Below, piece after piece: positions 7,321 to 14,519 of a DNA stretch of 32,000 bases. How positions within the stretch are numbered: the first letter of the stretch is position 1; each line of letters opens with the position of its first letter. Source of the DNA: Trichodesmium erythraeum IMS101 (lineage in GTDB: Bacteria > Cyanobacteriota > Cyanobacteriia > Cyanobacteriales > Microcoleaceae); NCBI RefSeq assembly GCF_000014265.1, contig NC_008312.1, positions 3,510,001-3,542,000 of the forward strand, given 5' to 3'. The position numbers were made by a program, and so were the translations under genes. The notes below the pieces were generated by a model that ran no database searches, was not told the origin of the DNA, and saw nothing but the letters and a program-made list of their open reading frames with translations.

Positions 7321-8097
7321 ATGAAAGTAGTTATTCTAGCGGGTGGTATTGGTACTCGTCTGAGAGAAGAAACTGAATATCGTCCTAAACCATTGGTGGA
7401 AGTGGGAGGATATCCCATTATTTGGCACATAATGAAGCTTTATGCCCATTATGGCTTTTTAGATTTTATTATTTGTTTGGGCTATAAGGGCAATTTAATT
7501 AAAGATTATTTTCTTAATTACGAAGCCATAAATAATGACTTCACTATTAATTTAGGTCGTTCTCAGAAAATTACTTATCACAAAGCCTATAATGAACAGG
7601 ATTTTCGGGTTACTTTGGTCAATACCGGTCTGGAAACTATGACGGGGGGGCGAGTGGTTAAGGTCAAACCATATATTGATGAAGATTTATTTATGGTGAC
7701 TTATGGGGATGGTCTGGCAGATGTTAATATTAGAAATTTGGTGGAATTTCACAAGGGTCATGGAAAAATGGCTACGACTACTACGGTGCAACCCCTTTCT
7801 CGTTACGGGGTTTTAGATGTTGACAGGGAAGCTAGGGTTTTAAAGTTTGGGGAGAAGATTAAAGATGATAAAATGGTCAGCGCTGGTTTTTTTGTTTTTG
7901 ACCGTCGGGTTTTTGACTATTTATCTGGGGATAATTGCGTTTTAGAAAAAGACCCATTAGAAAAGTTGGCGACAGAAGGTCAATTAATGGGTTATTATCA
8001 TTCTGGTTTCTTTTACGCCATGGATACTTTTAAGGAATATCAAGAGTTAAATAAGATGTGGAAGTTGGGTCAAGCGCCTTGGAAGATTTGGGAATGA
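7321..8097 (+). CDS. rfbF: Glucose-1-phosphate cytidylyltransferase
   Basis: 258 aa. The N-terminus MKVVILAGGIGTRLREETEYRPKPLVEVGGYPIIWHIMKLYAHYGFLDFIICLGYKG and the YGDGLADVNI motif are typical of RfbF/DdhA. Confidence 0.9.
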   Translation: MKVVILAGGIGTRLREETEYRPKPLVEVGGYPIIWHIMKLYAHYGFLDFIICLGYKGNLIKDYFLNYEAINNDFTINLGRSQKITYHKAYNEQDFRVTLVNTGLETMTGGRVVKVKPYIDEDLFMVTYGDGLADVNIRNLVEFHKGHGKMATTTTVQPLSRYGVLDVDREARVLKFGEKIKDDKMVSAGFFVFDRRVFDYLSGDNCVLEKDPLEKLATEGQLMGYYHSGFFYAMDTFKEYQELNKMWKLGQAPWKIWE

Positions 8098-8189
8098 GAT
8101 ATAAAAGTAAACATTTCCTCGGGCTTGTTATAAGCTCACAATCTGCCAATTATTTTTGTTGACTTGAATACAATTTTAGGAAAAAAACT

Positions 8190-9542
8190 ATGGAAGCTGA
8201 AAATCTCAAAGTGCAGATTTTAGAATTGGTTAAAAAATATTACCAAACAGCTCATCAAAAGTCTGGTTTTGAACCAGGAAAAAGTCGAATTAACTACTCA
8301 GGAAGGGTTTATGACGATCAAGAATTGGTCAATTTAGTAGATTCTTCTCTGGATTTTTGGTTGACCGCAGGGCCTTATGGAAACAAATTTGAGTCTAAAA
8401 TGCGCGATTTTTTCAGCAGTAGAGACTTTTTGCTTGTCAATTCTGGTTCATCGGCTAATCTACTAATGGTAAGCACTATTTGTTCACCTGAATTAAAATC
8501 CCAAAAGGATACTCAGTTACAACCTTTAGAACCAGGTGATGAAGTTATTACTCCGGCTGTAACTTTTCCTACTACTTTAGCCCCTATCATTCAAAACCGC
8601 TTAATACCTGTTTTTGTGGATTGCGAGGTGGGCACTTACAATATTAATCCCCATCTTATTGAGGATGCTGTTGGGCCTCGGACAAAAGCCATTTTTATTC
8701 CTCATACTGTCGGTAATCCTTGCAATATGGAGATTATTATGGATGTAGCTAAACGTCACAATCTATGGGTATTAGAAGATAGCTGTGATGCTTTAGGGGC
8801 AACTTTTGATGGTACTTTGGTGGGTACTTTTGGGCAAATGGCTTCCTTGAGCTTTTATCCAGCGCACCACATGACAATGGGTGAAGGAGGAGCCGTTATT
8901 GTTAATCAAGCTAGTCTGAAAAAAACGGTACTCTCTTTACGGGACTGGGGTAGAAGTTGTTGGTGTCCTCCAGGGATATCTGATAGTTGTAGCAAAAGGT
9001 TTAATTGGGAATTGGGCGAACTACCATTTGGGTACGATCATAAATACATTTATTCTAACATTGGCTATAACTTGAAAGTTACTGATATGCAGGCGGCTAT
9101 TGGTATTGCTCAAAAGGAGAAGGTTGAAGGGTTCATTGAAAAAAGGCGTCATAATTTTTGGCGACTGTATGAAGGCTTAAAATCTCTCGAAGAGTACCTA
9201 ATTTTACCTAAAATTGATTCTAGGGCTAACCCTTCACCATTTGGTTTTCCTATTACTGTGAAGGAAGGAATAAATCGTCGCGAGCTAGTTCAACATTTGG
9301 AAGCTCATCAGATTGAAACTAGGTTGGTTTTTGGAGGTAATATACTAAAACAACCTGGATTTATGAATATTGAACGTAGAGTTCACGGTACTTTGGAAGA
9401 ATCAGATATAATTATGAATCGCACGCTTTTTACTGGTGTGTTTCCTGGATTAACTGATGAAATGATAGATTATGTCATTGAGCAATTTACTGTTTTCTTT
9501 AAAAAAGATCCTGTTAATTCATCGGTTACTCTTTTGTCATAA
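8190..9542 (+). CDS. rfbH: CDP-4-keto-6-deoxy-D-glucose 3-dehydrase (E1; DegT/DnrJ/EryC1 fold, PMP- and [2Fe-2S]-dependent)
   Basis: 450 aa. SFYPAHHMTMGEGG has His where aminotransferases carry the PLP lysine. The spacing C(DSCDALG)-X57-C-W-C-X7-C (RSCWCPPGISDSC) was counted by hand and equals the E1 iron-sulfur motif C-X57-C-X1-C-X7-C. Confidence 0.88.
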   Translation: MEAENLKVQILELVKKYYQTAHQKSGFEPGKSRINYSGRVYDDQELVNLVDSSLDFWLTAGPYGNKFESKMRDFFSSRDFLLVNSGSSANLLMVSTICSPELKSQKDTQLQPLEPGDEVITPAVTFPTTLAPIIQNRLIPVFVDCEVGTYNINPHLIEDAVGPRTKAIFIPHTVGNPCNMEIIMDVAKRHNLWVLEDSCDALGATFDGTLVGTFGQMASLSFYPAHHMTMGEGGAVIVNQASLKKTVLSLRDWGRSCWCPPGISDSCSKRFNWELGELPFGYDHKYIYSNIGYNLKVTDMQAAIGIAQKEKVEGFIEKRRHNFWRLYEGLKSLEEYLILPKIDSRANPSPFGFPITVKEGINRRELVQHLEAHQIETRLVFGGNILKQPGFMNIERRVHGTLEESDIIMNRTLFTGVFPGLTDEMIDYVIEQFTVFFKKDPVNSSVTLLS

Positions 9543-9563
9543 ATTTTCAACATAATAGAAATA

Positions 9564-10676
9564 ATGGTAAATACTATCCAAACAGTTGTCGAGAAAGATT
9601 TAGAGTACATCTGCACTCTTCTTAAGGAAGAGATGTCTTGCTTGGCTGGAAAAAAAATGTTGATAACTGGAGGTGCAGGTTTTTTAGGTTATTACTTGGT
9701 TAAGTCAGCTTTATTCTGGAATCAGTCTGTAGAAAAGTCTCGAAAAATAGATTTGACAGTTTATGACAATTATATCCGTGGCGTACCTAGTTGGTTAACC
9801 GATTTAGAAGAAAACAGTTTTAGCTTGGTAAAGCACGATATTACTCAACCACTGCCTAGTAATATTGATGATTTTCAGTACATAATTCATGCAGCTTCCA
9901 TAGCTTCTCCGACATACTATCGTAAGTATCCTATTGAAACGATGGATGCTAATGTTAATGGGTTAAGGTTTTTGTTGGAATATTGCCAACAACAAAAACA
10001 TAAACCTCAACCAGTGGAAGGTTTCCTATTTTATTCGACTAGCGAAATTTACGGCGATCCGACTCCTGAAAATATCCCTACTCCAGAAACCTACAGAGGA
10101 AATGTTTCTAGCACTGGTCCGAGGGCTTGTTATGATGAATCTAAACGCTATGGTGAAACTCTGTGCGTGAATTTTGCCCAGCAGTACAATTTGCCGATTA
10201 AAATAGCACGTCCTTTTAATAATTATGGCCCTGGGTTAAAAATTACTGATAAAAGGGTAATTCCTGATTTCGCTCGCGATATCCTGGCGGGTAAGGATAT
10301 TGTCATGCTTTCTGATGGTTCCCCCACTAGGACTTTTTGTTATGTCGCCGATGCAATTATTGGCTATTACAAGATTTTAACTAAGGGTAAGCAAGGTGAA
10401 GCTTACAATATCGGTGTGGAAAAACCAGAGATTTCTATGCTTGATTTGGCAAATAAGATTGTGGAGTTAGCAGGAGATTTATTCAATTATTCTGGTAAAG
10501 TTGTTCGTCAAGCTAGTGCTGACCAAAATTACTTGGTTGATAATCCTAATCGTCGTTGTCCTGTCATTGCTAAAGCTAGAAATGATTTGGGATACAATCC
10601 TGGTATTTCTCTTGATGAAGGGCTAAAAAGATCGCTGATATGGTATCAAGATAATTCAGAAGCAGCGGAGGCATAA
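9564..10676 (+). CDS. NAD-dependent extended SDR, UDP-glucuronate decarboxylase (UXS/ArnA-C)-like
   Basis: ITGGAGFLGYYL Rossmann motif. STSEIYGDPTPENIPTPETYRGNVSSTGPRACYDESKRYGETLC aligns with the UXS signature S-T-S-E-V-Y-G-D-P...G-N-V-N-P-I-G-P-R-S-C-Y-D-E-G-K-R. It does not show the RfbG pattern (GHTGFKG, DPYSxSK). Confidence 0.6.
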   Translation: MVNTIQTVVEKDLEYICTLLKEEMSCLAGKKMLITGGAGFLGYYLVKSALFWNQSVEKSRKIDLTVYDNYIRGVPSWLTDLEENSFSLVKHDITQPLPSNIDDFQYIIHAASIASPTYYRKYPIETMDANVNGLRFLLEYCQQQKHKPQPVEGFLFYSTSEIYGDPTPENIPTPETYRGNVSSTGPRACYDESKRYGETLCVNFAQQYNLPIKIARPFNNYGPGLKITDKRVIPDFARDILAGKDIVMLSDGSPTRTFCYVADAIIGYYKILTKGKQGEAYNIGVEKPEISMLDLANKIVELAGDLFNYSGKVVRQASADQNYLVDNPNRRCPVIAKARNDLGYNPGISLDEGLKRSLIWYQDNSEAAEA

Positions 10677-12032
10677 ATGAAAGTTTCTATGATTGGTACG
10701 GGATATGTAGGTCTAGTGTCTGGGGTTTGCTTTGCCGAAAAGGGGCATTCGGTTATTTGTGTAGATATTGACCAAGATAAGGTCGATTCTATTAATCAGG
10801 GCATTCCCCCAATATATGAGAAGGGTTTGCAGGAGTTGTTGCAAAAAAATATTGGTGATGGCTTACAAGCTGTCACCGACTTGGGACAGGCAGTACAAGA
10901 AACTGAAATTTCTATGATTGCTGTTGGCACTCCTTTTGATGGTAAGGAAATTGACTTGGGTTATATCAAGCAGGTTTCTCAGCAAATAGGGGAAGCTTTA
11001 AGGAATAAAAATTCTTATCATTTGGTCGTTATCAAAAGTACGGTAGTACCAGGTACTACTGAAAATGTGGTGTTACCAATATTAGAGGAAACTTCTGGCA
11101 AAAAAGCAGGGGTGGATTTTGGTCTGGGGATGAATCCTGAATTTTTGAGGGAAGGGGAAGCTATTGAGGATTTTATGTTTCTTGATAGGATTATTTTAGG
11201 TGGAATTGATGCTAAAAGTATTAGCTTACTGGAGCTTTTATACCAAGTTTTCGAGGGCATAGAAAAGCTAACTACAAATTGCACTACGGCAGAAATGATT
11301 AAGTACACTGCTAATTCACTTTTGGCTACTATGATTTCGTTTTCTAATGAAATAGGTAATCTCTGTAGTGCTGTTGGTGGTGTAGATGTGGTTGAGGTGA
11401 TGCAAGGAGTTCATTTGGATAAACGCTTTAGCCCAATTACGGCTAGTGGCGATCGCATTACTCCTGCTTTTCTGAGCTACTTACAAGCAGGTTGTGGTTT
11501 TGGTGGTAGTTGCTTTCCTAAAGATATAAAAGCTTTAACTGCTTATGGCAGTAAACTGGGAAACCAGATGGAAATTCTGGAGGCTGCGATTAGAGTGAAT
11601 GTTGCTCAACCTCAGAAAGTTTTGGATTTGTTGAAAAAGCATTTTCCTTCGACTGAGGGGGTAAAGGTAAGTGTTTTGGGTCTAGCTTTTAAACCTGGGA
11701 CTGATGATATCCGAGAGTCTCCGGCGATTCCTATCATTGAATCTCTCTTAAGTCAAGGTGCGATAGTTAAGACTTACGATCCATTTGCTCAAAAGGAGGC
11801 TCAAAAGTATTTTTGTGAAAATGAATTGCTGTTTTGTGATGATTTAACTGATGCTTTAGATGCTGTAGAGGCAGTAATAATAGTCACTTGCTGGTCTGAG
11901 TTTGAGGCTCTCCCACGGCTATTAGCTGGTAAGGATAATCCACCAGTTGTGGTTGATGGCAGAAGAATGTTGGGTAAACAGAGTGTTTCTATCTATGAAG
12001 GAATAGGTTGGTCCTCCAAATCAAAGTATTGA
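10677..12032 (+). CDS. ugd: UDP-glucose 6-dehydrogenase family protein
   Basis: MKVSMIGTGYVGLVSGVCFAEKGH N-terminus, catalytic GFGGSCFPKDIKAL, and C-terminal LGLAFKPGTDDIRESPA. The ATG directly abuts the upstream TAA (10674-10676), suggesting translational coupling. Confidence 0.85.
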   Translation: MKVSMIGTGYVGLVSGVCFAEKGHSVICVDIDQDKVDSINQGIPPIYEKGLQELLQKNIGDGLQAVTDLGQAVQETEISMIAVGTPFDGKEIDLGYIKQVSQQIGEALRNKNSYHLVVIKSTVVPGTTENVVLPILEETSGKKAGVDFGLGMNPEFLREGEAIEDFMFLDRIILGGIDAKSISLLELLYQVFEGIEKLTTNCTTAEMIKYTANSLLATMISFSNEIGNLCSAVGGVDVVEVMQGVHLDKRFSPITASGDRITPAFLSYLQAGCGFGGSCFPKDIKALTAYGSKLGNQMEILEAAIRVNVAQPQKVLDLLKKHFPSTEGVKVSVLGLAFKPGTDDIRESPAIPIIESLLSQGAIVKTYDPFAQKEAQKYFCENELLFCDDLTDALDAVEAVIIVTCWSEFEALPRLLAGKDNPPVVVDGRRMLGKQSVSIYEGIGWSSKSKY

Positions 12033-12036
12033 AAAC

Positions 12037-12942
12037 ATGACACAAACAATTTTAGTTACTGGGGCTACAGGATTTGTGGGAAGTCATTTGGTTAGGCAAC
12101 TCCTGAATAAAGGCAATCGAGTTATTATTCTCAAGCGTAGTTTTTCTGAAACTAAAAGGATTGAGAATTGCCTGTCACAGATAACTGCTTATGACATAGA
12201 TCGGTGCAACATAGAAAAACCTTTTCAAGACTTTGGAAAAATTGATGCAGTAGTTCACACAGCAACGGCCACTGGTCGCCGTCAAGAGAGTCTTATAGAA
12301 ATATTTGAGGCTAATACTGCATTTCCTTTAAAATTGTTGAAAACAGCCAAAGATTTCCAGACCAAGACTTTTATTAATACGGATACTTATGTTAATAAAA
12401 GCAATATATTATATCAAGGATTAGAAAGCTACTCTCTTTCAAAAAAACATTTCCAGCAGTGGGGAAAACAAATTGCTCTAATTCATCAGATAAAGTTTTT
12501 GAATGTTAGATTAGAATACGTTTTTGGCCAAGGGGATTATCGTAACAAACTAATATCTTACGCGAGCCAGCAGTTTTTAAGCAATGCCTCTGAGTTAAAA
12601 TTCACTTCGGGGGAACAGCAACGAGATTTTATTCATGTTGAAGATGTAGTTTTGGCCTATCTTTTGCTGCTAGAAAAAGAATCGAAACCCTCACAATATT
12701 ATCAAGAATATGAAGTAGGAACAGGTAAAGCAACTTCATTGCGACAACTTCTAGAAATGTTGAAAGAATTAATGCAAGTTCAAACAGAATTAAAATTTGG
12801 AGCTTTACCTCAACGTCGGGGTGAAATTATGTTTTCTCAGGCTGACACTAAGACCATTGAAGAAATTGGTTGGTATCCGGCCAAAAGTTTAAAAGAACGT
12901 TTGATGCAAACCATTGAAGGTGAAAAAAAACTCAAAGATTAA
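12037..12942 (+). CDS. NAD(P)-dependent SDR epimerase/reductase, possibly an NDP-4-ketohexose reductase (similar in size to RfbJ/RfbS)
   Basis: 301 aa with the VTGATGFVGSHL glycine motif and the YSLSKKHFQ catalytic YxxxK. The specific function is inferred only from size and operon context. Confidence 0.5.
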   Translation: MTQTILVTGATGFVGSHLVRQLLNKGNRVIILKRSFSETKRIENCLSQITAYDIDRCNIEKPFQDFGKIDAVVHTATATGRRQESLIEIFEANTAFPLKLLKTAKDFQTKTFINTDTYVNKSNILYQGLESYSLSKKHFQQWGKQIALIHQIKFLNVRLEYVFGQGDYRNKLISYASQQFLSNASELKFTSGEQQRDFIHVEDVVLAYLLLLEKESKPSQYYQEYEVGTGKATSLRQLLEMLKELMQVQTELKFGALPQRRGEIMFSQADTKTIEEIGWYPAKSLKERLMQTIEGEKKLKD

Positions 12943-13029
12943 CTAGGTTGGCTCAAGACTATTTTTGACACATCAGCACATTGCTGATAGAATACTAAAA
13001 TTGTTTTACTTATATTATATTATTATATT

Positions 13030-13121
13030 CAGGACTTATGCAGAACCACTATATCTAGTAGGGGTCAACTGCCTTTAACCCCTACAGATGGTGTATATTT
13101 TCATATTTTGCGTAAGTCCTG
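13030..13121. mobile_element. 92-bp MITE-like element, copy B (TIR CAGGACTTATGCA ... TGCGTAAGTCCTG)
   Basis: It has the same length and architecture as copy A (5409-5500), including the inner hairpin GTAGGGGT..ACCCCTAC. It occupies 92 of the 199 nt between two genes of the sugar operon. Confidence 0.7.
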
Positions 13122-13141
13122 CATATTATCGAAAAAAATAA

Positions 13142-14452
13142 ATGACTCAATCAACTTCTTACTCTGAAATTACTAAATGCCGAGTTTGTGGCTCCGAAAA
13201 ACTTACTCCAGTTTTAAGTTTGGGCAGCCAACCTCTCAGTGGAATTTATCCGTCCCCTGACTCTCCAGATCCATCTACTTCTCCTTTAGATTTAGTAATT
13301 TGTGATAGTGAGGAAGGCTGTCGAACGTTGCAACTAAAACACAGTGCAGATGCATGGGAAATGTATGGTGATAACTATGGTTTTCTCTCCGCAACAAGTC
13401 CAACAATGTGCCGTCACTTACAAGGTATTGTTACAGAAGCTTTGGAACTGGTACAACCCAATCCTGGGGATGTGGTTTTAGACATCGCTTGCAATGATGG
13501 TACTTTACTGAACTTTTATCGCGATCGTAACCTAACTCGCATAGGCATGGATCCATCAAGTAAAAAATCTGCAGATAAATTTGATGCAGACATTCAAGTT
13601 ATCTATGATTTCTTTTCTGCTGATGGAGTACGGGAAATGGTGGGGGATAAGAAATGTAAAATCATTACTTCCATTGCCATGTTTTATGACCTGGAAGATC
13701 CAATAGACTTTATGAAGCAAATTCATTCTGTTTTAGCTCCAGATGGGATTTGGGTTTTTGAACTTTCCTATATGCCCCTGATGTTGAAAAATCTGACCTA
13801 CGGCCAGATTATGCACGAACATTTAACTTACCTGGGTTTGCAGCAAATTCAATGGATGGCAGAACGCGCTGACCTTAAAATACTCGATGTCAGTTTGAAT
13901 TTTATGCATGGTGGTAGTTTTCGGATTAAAGCTGCCCGCAAGGAGAATCCGATGAAGCCTAACCATGAGGCGATCGAGAAAATTCTTGATGCCGAAAAGC
14001 CCCTGGCAACAATGGCTCCTTTCGAGCGATTCCACAATCGGATTATTCAACATCGGCATGAGATACGAGCATTTTTTGATCTGATGCGATCTTCTGGTAA
14101 AAAAGTCTATGGCTATGGAGCTTCGACTAAGGGGAATATTGTTTTGAATTATTGTGGCATTACCCCACAAGATTTGATAGCTATTAGCGACCTGGAACCT
14201 CAAAAAGATGGTGCGGTTACGCCAGGAACTCGGATTCCAATTATAAGTCACGAAAAGCTACGAGAAATCCATCCTGATTATGCTCTGGTGTTGGCTTGGC
14301 ATTATCGTCCAGAAATCATTAATAGTGAGATTAACTACTTGGAAAAAGGTGGGAAATTGGTATTTGATTTACCGCGTCCCCATACTGTTAATTTGGAAAA
14401 TTATCAGTATTATTTGAATGCTTCCTTTGAAGACCTAGCTTTTTCTTTATAG
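13142..14452 (+). CDS. NDP-hexose C-methyltransferase (TylCIII/EvaC-like; zinc-ribbon + SAM-MT + C-methyltransferase C-terminal domain)
   Basis: N-terminal CRVCGS...LSLGSQPLSG...VICDSEEGC (4-Cys zinc-binding domain), SAM motif VVLDIACNDGTLL, and C-terminal VYGYGASTKGNIVLNYCGI. This matches the Methyltransf_13/_14 architecture as recalled. Confidence 0.8.
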   Translation: MTQSTSYSEITKCRVCGSEKLTPVLSLGSQPLSGIYPSPDSPDPSTSPLDLVICDSEEGCRTLQLKHSADAWEMYGDNYGFLSATSPTMCRHLQGIVTEALELVQPNPGDVVLDIACNDGTLLNFYRDRNLTRIGMDPSSKKSADKFDADIQVIYDFFSADGVREMVGDKKCKIITSIAMFYDLEDPIDFMKQIHSVLAPDGIWVFELSYMPLMLKNLTYGQIMHEHLTYLGLQQIQWMAERADLKILDVSLNFMHGGSFRIKAARKENPMKPNHEAIEKILDAEKPLATMAPFERFHNRIIQHRHEIRAFFDLMRSSGKKVYGYGASTKGNIVLNYCGITPQDLIAISDLEPQKDGAVTPGTRIPIISHEKLREIHPDYALVLAWHYRPEIINSEINYLEKGGKLVFDLPRPHTVNLENYQYYLNASFEDLAFSL

Positions 14453-14486
14453 ATTAAAGAATTGCTGCTGTTTTATGTTGGCCCGT

Positions 14487-14509
14487 AGAACAGACATCTT
14501 GTCTGTTCT
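14487..14509. terminator. Perfect 9-bp hairpin shared by the two convergent operons (candidate bidirectional terminator)
   Basis: AGAACAGAC-atctt-GTCTGTTCT lies between the stop codons at 14452 (+) and 14520 (-). The plus-strand T tract is weak (gtgtaggtttt) and there is no T tract on the minus strand. Confidence 0.45.
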
Positions 14510-14519
14510 GTGTAGGTTT

